A stretch of 32,000 nucleotides of DNA from Nitrosospira multiformis ATCC 25196 (GCF_000196355.1 NC_007614.1:2880001-2912000); one strand, 5' to 3'; counted from the stretch's first letter, positions 10,152 through 19,837 are shown. Made by a program: numbers and translations. Notes: a model not told the origin generated them from the sequence alone.

Positions 10152-11156
10152 CTAGCGGAGCCGCTTGTTCACGTCAGCCAGAGAGAGTATCTGCTTGAGC
10201 AGACCCATCAGGGAAACAACGGTTTCCTCCAGCTTCGCAATCCGGTTGCTCATCTCCTCCAGGCCGATAGCGAACTGCTCTTCCTTCAAGGGGGAAGTTT
10301 TATCTCCCGACAATAGTCCAGCCTCGACTTCAACCGCGTCAAACTCCTGCTGGATATCCCGGATGACCTCGTTCACTTCAGATACTCCGAAATGCTGCAG
10401 CTTTTCGAGATAGCCCATCAGCAGGAGGCGATCGCACAACGCATTGATCCTTCTCGGAATACCTCCTGTATACTGATGTATGGCGTCAAAAGCCTCCTCA
10501 TCAAATCCGGGATTCCCCCCCCAGCCCACAGTCTTTAATCTGTGCTCAATATAGGATTTCGTTTCCGCCCGATCCATGGGACCGAGGTGATAGGTTGCAG
10601 TGATTCTTTGCCGCAACTGCTGCATATCATTACCAAGGAGGGTTTTCCTGAACTCCGGCTGCCCGAGAAGAAATGTTTGCAGCAAAGACTTGTTATCTCC
10701 CTGAAAATTGGAAAGCATCCTCAGTTCTTCCACAGTTTGGGGGGAGAGATTTTGCGCCTCGTCCACCACTAAAAGCGCGCGCTTACCCTGTTGCTCGCAT
10801 TGTCGGAAGAATTTTTCGAGTGCGACGAGCACAGGTGTCTTCCCCGGATTCCCCTGTGCCAGGGGTAACCCAAACGCCGCCGCGACCATCCTCAATGTGT
10901 CATCAGAATCCAGACTGGTATTGACGATTTGAGCAGCAACGATCTTTTCCGGCTCCAGTTGTCGAAACAGATTACGGACCAACGTGGTTTTCCCCGCGCC
11001 CACTTCTCCCGTAACGACAATGAATCCCTCCGCTTGCGCCAGCCCATATTCAAGGTAGGCCATTGCACGGTTATGTCCTTTGCTGCCGAAAAAGAAACTG
11101 GGATCCGGGCTCAGTTGAAATGGCTTGGCCTTGAACCCATAAAATGATGTATACAC
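10152..11156 (-). CDS. AAA/ExeA-like ATPase, XrtA/PEP-CTERM system-associated
   Basis: 334 aa: MYTSFYGFKAKPFQLSPDPSFFF, Walker A GEVGAGKTTLVRNLF, Walker B LLVVDEAQNLS. Confidence 0.93.
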   Translation of the reverse strand: MYTSFYGFKAKPFQLSPDPSFFFGSKGHNRAMAYLEYGLAQAEGFIVVTGEVGAGKTTLVRNLFRQLEPEKIVAAQIVNTSLDSDDTLRMVAAAFGLPLAQGNPGKTPVLVALEKFFRQCEQQGKRALLVVDEAQNLSPQTVEELRMLSNFQGDNKSLLQTFLLGQPEFRKTLLGNDMQQLRQRITATYHLGPMDRAETKSYIEHRLKTVGWGGNPGFDEEAFDAIHQYTGGIPRRINALCDRLLLMGYLEKLQHFGVSEVNEVIRDIQQEFDAVEVEAGLLSGDKTSPLKEEQFAIGLEEMSNRIAKLEETVVSLMGLLKQILSLADVNKRLR

Positions 11157-11169
11157 TTCTTCTGTTCTG

Positions 11170-12756
11170 CTAAAAAGTCATGTTCACAAAGGCTATTGCG
11201 GCGTTCTCACGGTAATCTCCCCCTTGATTGGAATCTCTCTCATTGCGCCGGTATTGAATGGTGGCGCTCAAGTTAGGCAATATCTGCGGGAATTGCCGGG
11301 TCAGACTGGTACTGATAAGCCTGACATCATCTTTCCTTTCCGAATTGGGAAAAGTGAAGCGCGTGTACCCAAAGGTGAGATTGGCCGTTGTGAACTGCGA
11401 AACCCGGTAACTCCACAGCGCATTGCCGCCCGTTTGTATTGTATGGTTGAGAAGCGCCGCATTTGCCGCGCCGAGGAGGTCGAGATCCACATCTTCAGGT
11501 GAGTAGGCTTTGCGTGACATATTGAATCCTCTCAATACCAGAGTATTCCTGACACCATTGAGGGCAACAGAAGCCTCCAGTCGCTTCTGTAGAAAGAGCC
11601 GGTTTGTAAAAAAATTACTGGGAACAAGAAAAGAACCGGAGAAATTGGGACCTAGCAAGAGGCCGACATTTTGTTGAATGATCTCGGGAGAGAAATTGGG
11701 AAACTGTGCCCCAAGCAACTGATTCAGGGAATTCGCGACGCCAAATGCACTGCCTGCGCTGCCGAGCTGCGACTGCTGATTGAACGTCGTAATTTCCTCG
11801 ATGTAGTTAAAATTCCAAATAGTCAAGCGGGTACGATGTATGGCTTGCGCAAAATAAGTAGCGCCATAAAACCTTTGCCCGGCATTCGCTACGATGTTTG
11901 TCCTTTCGTTCGGCGTCCATACGAAACCTGCTGTCCATGTCGGACTCGAAGGGTTTCCCCTGATCGACAGAAAGCTGTTCCTCTCATAACCTCCCATTCC
12001 GGTCAAACCGAACCGGGGTGTAAACATGTAGCGCAAATTGCCAACGGAGCGCTCCAATTCGACGGTTCGATCCGTCCTGTCGAAATGAATCCTACTGTGA
12101 CTGTAGCTCAAACCCCAATGCAGCTTCCCGAAATCGGTGCCGCTATTCACAAGCGCAGAAAAGTTGTCGGCCTGGCTATTCTGAAGCAAGTTTGCGTTTG
12201 AGGTTACTATGTTATGGCCATAGCGTAATTCGGCTGAAGCAAAATCCTTGAAACGGTGGCGGATATAGGGACTGACATTAAATGTCCTAACATCGGCCCT
12301 GTTGCCTGTGACATTCACATTATTTAGCGCTTGGGGTCCAAGCAACGAGATGTTCTGCTGAGCAATGATGGCGGTTCCATCCACGAAAAAAAAATCTTCC
12401 ATCAGCTCGGCAGTTCCCTTCGCGCTTAGTTGCTGTCTTATTCTCGTCAGGTCGGAGTTCTGCGCATAGATGAGGTTATTCATCGTATAGTCGGCGGTTA
12501 GGTTGAAGCGCCGGCCAGTGCCGTTCAGCAAAATACCCGGATTGATTTGAGTAACGAAATCTCCCCTCCCAGATCCTCCCGAACTTAGCCTCAAATTGTC
12601 GGAATACGTCTCTATCAAACTCAGCCGCGGAAGAATTTTCCACTCCTCCGCTCTGGAGCAAGGAGAATAAGACAAAAGCAATAGAATGATTCCGGCTACA
12701 GCGCAAGCTGGAGAAGACAAGATGTCATGCCGACACTTGTTCTCAGGCGCTCTCAT
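11170..12756 (-). CDS. Outer-membrane beta-barrel-like protein, XrtA/PEP-CTERM system-associated
   Basis: 528 aa with a hydrophobic N-terminal signal region and alternating aromatic/polar beta-strand pattern ending in a C-terminal Phe (NAAIAFVNMTF). Position between kinase and ATPase matches the family. Confidence 0.85.
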   Translation of the reverse strand: MRAPENKCRHDILSSPACAVAGIILLLLSYSPCSRAEEWKILPRLSLIETYSDNLRLSSGGSGRGDFVTQINPGILLNGTGRRFNLTADYTMNNLIYAQNSDLTRIRQQLSAKGTAELMEDFFFVDGTAIIAQQNISLLGPQALNNVNVTGNRADVRTFNVSPYIRHRFKDFASAELRYGHNIVTSNANLLQNSQADNFSALVNSGTDFGKLHWGLSYSHSRIHFDRTDRTVELERSVGNLRYMFTPRFGLTGMGGYERNSFLSIRGNPSSPTWTAGFVWTPNERTNIVANAGQRFYGATYFAQAIHRTRLTIWNFNYIEEITTFNQQSQLGSAGSAFGVANSLNQLLGAQFPNFSPEIIQQNVGLLLGPNFSGSFLVPSNFFTNRLFLQKRLEASVALNGVRNTLVLRGFNMSRKAYSPEDVDLDLLGAANAALLNHTIQTGGNALWSYRVSQFTTANLTFGYTRFTFPNSERKDDVRLISTSLTRQFPQILPNLSATIQYRRNERDSNQGGDYRENAAIAFVNMTF

Positions 12757-13636
12757 GGTAATAGTAGCCGTAATATTCTCCGCCAGAAAATGTCTTGGTC
12801 TTGTTGTAGATCAGGTTTACCACGTCACACGACTCAATTTACCGCAGCGTTTCCTTGACGGCCTGCTGCGACGTCGTTTCCGCCTCAACCACCAGAACAA
12901 TCTGCCCCATCTGGCTTGCCAGTACCCGTGCCTCGCTTGTCAGCAACAAGGGGGGAGAATCAAAAATAACGACACGGTCAGCATAACGTTCTGCAAGTTC
13001 CTTCAACAATTCTCCCATATTCCGGCTAGCAAGAAGTTCGGTGGAGTGTGAATGCCGCCTTCCTGCGGTAAGGAGCGTGAGTTTCTCGACATCAGTCTTG
13101 ATTAGTACATCCGGCAGGCGCAGATCTTCCTCTACAAGAAGATCCAGCAAACCCCTTTCTGTTCCTACACCCAGGATTTTTGGGATCGAGGGCCGCGCAA
13201 CATCCGCATCAACCAGTAAAACCGTGCGATCCATCTCCATCGCGATACTCATTGCAAGGTTGACAGTACAAAAACTCTTTCCTTCGCCGGCGAGCGCGCT
13301 GGTAACCATGATGAGATTGCCGTTCTTGATCATGCCCGGGCCTTTATTGAAGGCATTGGTCAGTAACGGTCGCTTGATCACGCGAAACTGCTCCGCTATT
13401 TGCGTTCTCCCCTGATCGGGGGTGACGATACCGTACTGGCGCATCTTGACCAGATCAAGGTTCACCCGATTGGATGTGAGAGCCGTATTTGGCGGGACTT
13501 TTTTTTCGCCCCCTTTTGCCTCGGGTATATCGCTATCGAGCTTCTGATCAGGATTTACCGAAACCGATGGAGGTACTTGTGCGCTCGACAGTACCCCTTT
13601 TTCCAATTTGCCTACAGCCTTTTCAATTATGCTCAC
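12743..13636 (-). pseudogene. XrtA-associated BY-family tyrosine autokinase with an in-frame TAA at 12839-12841 (265-aa product as annotated, 31 further codons downstream)
   Basis: Walker A SALAGEGKSFCTVNLA, Walker A' VLLVDADVARPS, Walker B RVVIFDSPP are all present. After ...VVEAETTSQQAVKETLR-TAA the same frame continues IESCDVVNLIYNKTKTFSGGEYYGYYYHESA-TGA (ends 12743). The TGA overlaps the ATG of the next gene. Confidence 0.8.
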
Positions 13637-13940
13637 GTGCTCTCCCGTTCTGTTCCGAGGTCCCCTGCGTCCGGTTTTATAGAATTACTGCACCTAACGG
13701 GGAATTGTGACAGGAATGGTGGTTAAAGAGATATTAATTAAATGATTCTGCCACACTGCTGAACTCTGAATTGATTCAGTCGCCGGCCTGAAGTATTAAT
13801 GAAAAAAATTGGGCTGAAGCAATACAAACTTCATCAAAACAGATTTCAAGGCAACGATCAGAGAGATGTAGACCATGCGCCGGAACAGGTTTCCGTCATC
13901 AAATTTCCAGCATCGACTCGATGATCTTTCAGAGTATGAA

Positions 13941-15473
13941 TCACGCTATCTTCAGCATAAGGATGCCATACAGGCCTAACAAGGACAGCAAGGATAATCC
14001 GAATGCATAGAGGCGCTTTCTGCGCTTTACCTTTTCCTTATCTGTCCAGATCATCGGAATTGACCCCAGTATCGGCTTACCCGAAATTTCCCGCAGACTG
14101 GTCTGGCTGTGGAAGGTAGGCCTAACCTGGCTGATAACGAAGGCTATACCGATCCCCGCCAGCAAAGAACCCAGGAAAATGATGGAGAAGAATTTTCCCC
14201 GGTCCGGGCCAACGGGCCTGTCAGAAACTGTCGGGGGATCAATGACACGGAACGAAACCAGGTCTGTGGTGGAACCCAGATCTCCCGATATTTTGGCTGA
14301 TTCGCGCCGCTCGAGAAGTTTTTCGTAGTTTGCCTTGTTTACCTGATAATCCCGGTTGAGCTGGGCCAGTTCAGCTTCAACCTGCGGCACTGCATTGCTC
14401 AAGGACTTGAGGCGCTCGTAACGAGCGCTATATTCTTCCACCCGGGCATTCATGGATGCCACGTCAGCTTCCGCATCCGCCAGTGCCACATTGAGTTGCT
14501 GCAACATCGGACTATAGTTTTTGCCCGGATCCGAGCCGTTCCTGGTCAGTTTGGCCTCTTCGATCTTGCGTTCCTCAAGCTGGGCAATGAGCCGTTTCGC
14601 TGCAATGATATCCGGGTGCAACTCCGTGTAGTTTAGCCTGAGTGCGTCGAGATTCTTGTTCAAAGCCTGGATTCGAGAATCAAGTTCCACATTGACTATC
14701 GATGAAGCCGATCCGCTTTCACCCTGATCCACGAGGAGAACAGGTTCATCACCGGTGATCTGGCGTTTGATCGCATCTCTCGCCTGCTGGGCCTCGCGCA
14801 GTTCCAGCTTGGTTTTATTGAGATCGTCCATCGCCTGCGACAACTGTGAATAGTAATCATTGCCTTGTTGCGGCATTATTCCGATGTTTTTCTGTTTGAA
14901 TGCCTTGAGATTATTTTCCCCTGCGATCAGCTTCTCCTCATAGGATTTGATTTGCTCATCAATGAAGCGTATGGCCGATGAAGAATCCTGGCTCTTGTTC
15001 CCAAGTCCCCCTTCAACAAAAAGGGTCAATAAAGATTGGACAATCTCTTTGGCGAGCCTTGGATTCTGGTTGTTATAGGAAATAGTGAAGAGGTTATCCC
15101 GTCCCGTGGTCCCCAGTTTGATTTTATCCATGAGCTCCTTCACGAGCCTTTCCTGATCCTTGGTGTCTTTTGCCTTGATATCCAGATCCACCATGCGAAT
15201 GACTCTCTCCACATTGGGACGGCTGATCAGGGTACGGCTCATGATCGAAATCTGTTGCTGCGTATCTGGGGAAACCGTCATGCCCTGCAACAACGGCTTC
15301 AACACATTTTGCGTATCGACATAAATCCTGGCGGACGCCTGGTAATCATCAGGGAGTTTATAAACGATGACCCAGCCGATCACCGCGACGACCCAGGCTG
15401 CCGCCACAGCAGCCCAACGATATTTCCATATCCCTTTCAGGTAAACCAGCAGTTGGGTTGTCAGCTCCTCCAT
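13941..15473 (-). CDS. Polysaccharide chain-length determinant (Wzz/GumC-like), XrtA system-associated
   Basis: 510 aa with N-terminal TM, YQASARIYVDTQNVLKPLLQGM, a central coiled-coil, and a C-terminal FRVIDPPTVSDRPVGPDR...IGIAFVISQ membrane segment. Confidence 0.92.
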   Translation of the reverse strand: MEELTTQLLVYLKGIWKYRWAAVAAAWVVAVIGWVIVYKLPDDYQASARIYVDTQNVLKPLLQGMTVSPDTQQQISIMSRTLISRPNVERVIRMVDLDIKAKDTKDQERLVKELMDKIKLGTTGRDNLFTISYNNQNPRLAKEIVQSLLTLFVEGGLGNKSQDSSSAIRFIDEQIKSYEEKLIAGENNLKAFKQKNIGIMPQQGNDYYSQLSQAMDDLNKTKLELREAQQARDAIKRQITGDEPVLLVDQGESGSASSIVNVELDSRIQALNKNLDALRLNYTELHPDIIAAKRLIAQLEERKIEEAKLTRNGSDPGKNYSPMLQQLNVALADAEADVASMNARVEEYSARYERLKSLSNAVPQVEAELAQLNRDYQVNKANYEKLLERRESAKISGDLGSTTDLVSFRVIDPPTVSDRPVGPDRGKFFSIIFLGSLLAGIGIAFVISQVRPTFHSQTSLREISGKPILGSIPMIWTDKEKVKRRKRLYAFGLSLLSLLGLYGILMLKIA

Positions 15474-15811
15474 ATTGTCAAACGGTCCTCAGAGATGCGG
15501 TCAATGATGGGGAGAATAAACACACTCCCGTTGTCTTGGAATAGTTTTCGGCCAGGATTTTCATTATCCCTGGCATTAGTACCTGCTGCTTCATTGAGCT
15601 GAAAAATAATATATTGCGCTTATCGAATAGGATGAATGTCTTGTCTCATTGTAACCGCTGGAGGAATAGAAACCGGAATGGAACAAGCCGCTGTTTCTAT
15701 CCCTATTCCTAGAATGATTTTCTTCTTCTTCATTTCAACTTACCGGGCAATGAAAACCTTATCGAAATGCCATTACAGGAAGATTAAGCCGCCGCAGTGG
15801 AATTCGCTCGA

Positions 15812-16438
15812 TCAGAAATAACTTTCCGGTATGACAAGTACATCTCCCTGCTTCATGGGTACGTTGGCCGTCACATCCCCATCCCGGATCAGGTCGTCCA
15901 ACCGCACGCTGAACTGATGTTGTTTCCCATCCACGTTACGTACTATCCTAGCGCGATTACCCGCGGCAAAATCAGTCATACCACCTACCGCAATCAGGAC
16001 GTCCATCAGCGTCATCTCCTCCCGATAAGGCAATGCCTGAGGTTCGGCTGCTTCCCCTATCACCCGGATCTGCTCGGAATATGGACCTACAAATTCTGTC
16101 ACCACAACCGTCACGACCGGTTGCTGGATGTACTTCGACAATGCCTCCTCGATATCTCGCGCAAGCTGCGTCGAGGTCTTTCCACTTGCCGACAGATCCT
16201 CTACCAGAGGGGTGGTAATCTTGCCATCAGGCCGAACGGGCACCGCCATGGAAACTTCGGGATTGCGCCAGACAATGATATCGACATTATCTCCCGGGCC
16301 GATCAGGTAATCGTGTGCAACGGGTTTTTCATCTGGATTCAAGGAGGGGTAGGTTTTGCAACCCCCAAGGGAAAGAAGGGGAAGTACAACAGCAAAACAA
16401 GAGAACCATGTTGCGGTACGGATACGAAGGGGGTTCAC
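15812..16438 (-). CDS. Exopolysaccharide export lipoprotein (Wza/OPX family), XrtA system-associated
   Basis: 208 aa, GTG start. Lipobox-like LSLGGC; YLIGPGDNVDIIVWRNPEVS, VRPDGKITTPLVEDL, MTLMDVLIAVGG, VPMKQGDVLVIPES. Confidence 0.93.
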   Translation of the reverse strand: MNPLRIRTATWFSCFAVVLPLLSLGGCKTYPSLNPDEKPVAHDYLIGPGDNVDIIVWRNPEVSMAVPVRPDGKITTPLVEDLSASGKTSTQLARDIEEALSKYIQQPVVTVVVTEFVGPYSEQIRVIGEAAEPQALPYREEMTLMDVLIAVGGMTDFAAGNRARIVRNVDGKQHQFSVRLDDLIRDGDVTANVPMKQGDVLVIPESYF

Positions 16439-16486
16439 CGAATTTCCTTTTTTGTTGATTAGAAAATGCCTGAGTCGAAGAGGGTT

Positions 16487-16542
16487 ATTGACCTTTAATG
16501 TAAAATAAAGATGCTATAAGTCAATACACCTGTCAAGACAGT
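16487..16542 (-). promoter_or_regulatory. Candidate promoter/operator region for the exopolysaccharide operon
   Basis: On the minus strand TTGACT-16 nt-TACATT lies about 60 nt upstream of the GTG start at 16438. It is embedded in a 7-bp inverted repeat TATTGAC (16487-16493)/GTCAATA (16521-16527), next to the palindrome CTGTC-AA-GACAG (16531-16542). Confidence 0.35.
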
Positions 16543-16787
16543 ATTCATGTGCCCGCAAACAGCAATATAACTGTGTACCGTACCGCATTTCAGCAACGCC
16601 ACCTGGAAGAATGCCTGCAACCTCAATGGCCGACAATCCAAGCCTCCCGACTCGGCCGTGCAACGTCCCTCCGGTTCATCCATACGCTGGAACATGCCTC
16701 GCATCCTATCAACTTGAGGAGCGGGAGCGAATTGGACTTTAGTACACCCTTATGGCACAGTATGTTAAATTCCGTACAAAACTCAAA

Positions 16788-17945
16788 TTATTTTTTCGGG
16801 ATCGCCGCATCTTCGATAAAAAACGATAAAGGACGCTCCTGCTGATGCAACGCCCAGCGTACGTGTTCGCGTATCAGAGGGGAAGCATCATCGAGTCGCG
16901 CTCGCAGCGCCTGAACGACAGATTGGGAGAACGGCGCATTCCCCAAGCCGACGGCCAGGTTGCGCAGCCATTGCTCATGTCCGATTCGCCGAATCGGACT
17001 TCCGGCAAGCCGTGCCTCGAACTCCTCACTGCTCCATCCGAACAGTTCGATCAGAGACGCGCTATCCAGGCCGTTCCGCACGGAAAAATCATCTTCATTG
17101 GTAATTACCGCAAATTTGTTCCAGGGGCAGACGAGCTGACAATCATCGCAGCCATATACCCGATTACCGATCAAAGGCCGTAATGGTTCGGGAATACTGC
17201 CTTTATGTTCAATAGTAAGATAAGAAATACAACGTCGCGCATCCAGCCGATAGGGCGCTATGATCGCTCGGGTCGGGCAGATGTCGATGCACCTCGTGCA
17301 ACTCCCGCAGTAATTGGCTGCGGGTTGGTCCACGGGCAGTGGCAGATCCGTAAACAACTCGCCCAGAAAGAACAGGGATCCCGCGTCACGGGAAAGCAGC
17401 AGCGTATGCTTTCCGCGCCAGCCCAGGCCCGATTTTTGCGCCCATTCAACTTCCATTACCGGCGCGCTGTCGCTGAATACACGGTAATTCAGGCATCCTG
17501 TTTCCGCTTCGATTTTTTCCGCAAGTTTTTGCAAGCGCCCGCGCAGCACCTTGTGGTAATCCCGACCCAGAGCATAGCGCGAGATGAACGCACGGGTCCC
17601 GTCCTGGATCACCTGCCAGCTGTCCCGTGCGATCGGCATATAATTCATGCGCACAGAGATCACCCGCAGCGTCCCGGGAACGAGTTCGGCAGGACGAGTA
17701 CGCCGGGTGCCGTGTCTTGCCATATAATCCATCTCCCCGTGACAACCCTGGTCCAGCCATTCGAACAGGCCTGTCTCCGCCCGCCTCATGTCCGCGCCTG
17801 CATCGACAATGGAAACCTTCTGAAAACCGAGCTTCTCCCCCCATTCCTTGATGGACCTGGCAAGTTGCGGAAGATCGACAGTAGAGTCAGAAAGATCTTT
17901 CAAAGGTTCCGGAGATAGTTCGGTGGAGGGATCGTCTTTGCGCAT
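16788..17945 (-). CDS. queG: Epoxyqueuosine reductase
   Basis: Iron-sulfur motifs CGSCTRCIDICPTRAI and VYGCDDCQLVCPWNKF. The ORF is open from 18008, but the internal ATG at 17945 (MRKDDPST...) avoids overlap with divergent tsaE. Confidence 0.93.
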   Translation of the reverse strand: MRKDDPSTELSPEPLKDLSDSTVDLPQLARSIKEWGEKLGFQKVSIVDAGADMRRAETGLFEWLDQGCHGEMDYMARHGTRRTRPAELVPGTLRVISVRMNYMPIARDSWQVIQDGTRAFISRYALGRDYHKVLRGRLQKLAEKIEAETGCLNYRVFSDSAPVMEVEWAQKSGLGWRGKHTLLLSRDAGSLFFLGELFTDLPLPVDQPAANYCGSCTRCIDICPTRAIIAPYRLDARRCISYLTIEHKGSIPEPLRPLIGNRVYGCDDCQLVCPWNKFAVITNEDDFSVRNGLDSASLIELFGWSSEEFEARLAGSPIRRIGHEQWLRNLAVGLGNAPFSQSVVQALRARLDDASPLIREHVRWALHQQERPLSFFIEDAAIPKK

Positions 17946-17981
17946 ATTCACATCATACCGGGTCTGCCGCCCTTCATCACC

Positions 17982-18470
17982 TTGATAGCTCTTCACCAGA
18001 CCTGCCATCTCGCTGATGAAACCGCTACCCTGGCACTTGGAACTGCAATGGCTCCGGCGTTGCGCCCAGGCCTTGTTGTATTCCTGCAGGGCGAACTGGG
18101 AGCAGGCAAAACCACATTTACGCGCGGCATATTACGCGGGCTGGGTTATCAGGGAAAAGTGAAAAGTCCCACCTATAATTTGATTGAACTTTATAAAATT
18201 TCTAGGTTATACTTGTATCATTTTGATTTCTATCGTTTCAATAATCCCCACGAATGGGAAGAAGCAGGCTTCCGGGATTATTTCAACGCAGACTCGATCT
18301 GTCTCGTGGAATGGCCGGAAAAGGCGAACGGACTATTGCCCCCAGCCGATTTGAAATTTATATTCAAGGTCGCAGAAGGGCGTGATGTTGAAATTCAGGC
18401 GGATACGGAGGCCGGCAAACTGTGCGTGAAACGATGGCAAATCTCATCGAGGAACAATATGCTGGGTTGA
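17982..18470 (+). CDS. tsaE: tRNA threonylcarbamoyladenosine biosynthesis ATPase TsaE
   Basis: 162 aa with Walker A FLQGELGAGKTTFTRGILRGLG, VKSPTYNLIE and YHFDFYRF. Confidence 0.94.
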   Translation: MIALHQTCHLADETATLALGTAMAPALRPGLVVFLQGELGAGKTTFTRGILRGLGYQGKVKSPTYNLIELYKISRLYLYHFDFYRFNNPHEWEEAGFRDYFNADSICLVEWPEKANGLLPPADLKFIFKVAEGRDVEIQADTEAGKLCVKRWQISSRNNMLG

Positions 18471-19837
18471 AGAGGGAGCGCTCACAGTCTGTTCCTTCAG
18501 TCTCACAATCCTTGCGCTCAACCCGTTTCTCCTCCATCCGGAACCGCCTGGCAGCTGGCGCATGCCTCTCGATCACGGCACTCCTGTTATCGTCATCCGC
18601 CAGCTCTGTCTGTGCTCAAGAAAAGATACGCATCAGTTCCGCCCGTATCTGGCCATCCGAGGAATACACCCGTCTTACGCTTGAATCCGCTTCCGCCATT
18701 CGCTACACCCTCACTACGGTAAAAGATCCGGACCGCGTCGTCGTTGACCTTGAGGATGTCTCACTGACACCGGAGCTGAAAAGGCTGGCAGACAGGATAG
18801 ATCCTGCAGATCCGCACATTCACGCCGTGCGTTTCGGTCATTTCAAACCAGACATACTGCGGCTGGTGCTTGACCTGAAAACCGAAGTCGAACCCCAGGC
18901 ATTTGTCATTCAACCCGTTGGAACGTACGGACATCGACTTGTTCTGGACATCTACCCTGCTATTCCACCCGATCCGCTCATGGCCTTTCTGAATAACAAG
19001 GACAAAGCAGGATACATGCTGCGGGATGAACCCCACAATGGGACTCATGTCAGTTCAAGGACTGAAATCGAGACTGTCCGGAGCAATGAAGCGGCAAGAA
19101 AAAACAGGCCGGAAATGATTCGTCTCATCACTGTCGCCATTGATCCCGGACATGGTGGGGAGGACCCGGGCGCGATAAGCCGGCGCGGTACCAGGGAGAA
19201 GAACATCACTCTGGCCATCGCCAGGAAGCTGAAGGAAAAGATAGATAGGGAGCCGAATATGCGCGCGGCTCTCACCCGTGACGGAGATTATTATATTTCA
19301 CTGTCGCAGCGGCTGGTAAAAGCACGTCAGCTGAATGCGGATCTGTTCGTATCGGTGCACGCGGACGCCTTCAACAAGCCCCATGCCCGCGGCTCCTCGG
19401 TGTTTGCCCTTTCAGAACGGGGCGCCACTTCGGCGGCTGCGGGATGGCTGGCAAGAAAAGAAAACGAGGCGGACCTTGTCGGGGGCGTCAACCTCGATAT
19501 CCCGGACCCTTTTCTCAAGCGGACTTTGCTGGATTTGTCCCAGACGGCAACGATCAACGACAGCCTCAAACTCGGCAAGGCAGTCCTCTCCAAGATAGGC
19601 AATATCAATCATCTGCACAAGGCCGAAGTCGAGCAGGCAGGCTTTGCCGTCCTCAAGTCTCCCGACATTCCATCGATCCTGGTCGAGACGGCATTCATCA
19701 GCAATCCGGATGAGGAAAGGAAACTGAGAGACCACGGTTATCAGGACAAGCTGGCCTCCGCAATACTTGCGGGTATCAAACATTACTTCGCTGACAACCC
19801 TCCCCTCTCGCGTTCGAGAATGGTTTCCCTCGATTAG
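18422..19837 (+). CDS. amiC: N-acetylmuramoyl-L-alanine amidase with N-terminal AMIN domain
   Basis: 471 aa (exact start uncertain; overlaps the tsaE end). Signal-like segment ACLSITALLLSSSASSVCAQ, AMIN-like region, and Amidase_3 motifs VAIDPGHGGEDPGAIS, LFVSVHADAF, ILVETAFISNPDEE. Confidence 0.92.
   Translation: MRETMANLIEEQYAGLKRERSQSVPSVSQSLRSTRFSSIRNRLAAGACLSITALLLSSSASSVCAQEKIRISSARIWPSEEYTRLTLESASAIRYTLTTVKDPDRVVVDLEDVSLTPELKRLADRIDPADPHIHAVRFGHFKPDILRLVLDLKTEVEPQAFVIQPVGTYGHRLVLDIYPAIPPDPLMAFLNNKDKAGYMLRDEPHNGTHVSSRTEIETVRSNEAARKNRPEMIRLITVAIDPGHGGEDPGAISRRGTREKNITLAIARKLKEKIDREPNMRAALTRDGDYYISLSQRLVKARQLNADLFVSVHADAFNKPHARGSSVFALSERGATSAAAGWLARKENEADLVGGVNLDIPDPFLKRTLLDLSQTATINDSLKLGKAVLSKIGNINHLHKAEVEQAGFAVLKSPDIPSILVETAFISNPDEERKLRDHGYQDKLASAILAGIKHYFADNPPLSRSRMVSLD

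Noticed and set aside
15719-15733. Short CTT/TTC trinucleotide run
   Set aside because: Only four to five units; too short to call a repeat array.
15797-16462. 221-aa plus-strand ORF antisense to the export lipoprotein gene
   Set aside because: Fully antisense to a well-supported Wza-family gene; His/Arg-rich low-plausibility protein.
16751-16775. TGGCAC-like sequence suggestive of a sigma-54 promoter
   Set aside because: The downstream element at the required spacing is GTTAA rather than TTGC, and its orientation does not face a suitable gene.
17205-17918. 237-aa plus-strand ORF antisense to queG
   Set aside because: Antisense shadow of a gene with clear iron-sulfur motifs.
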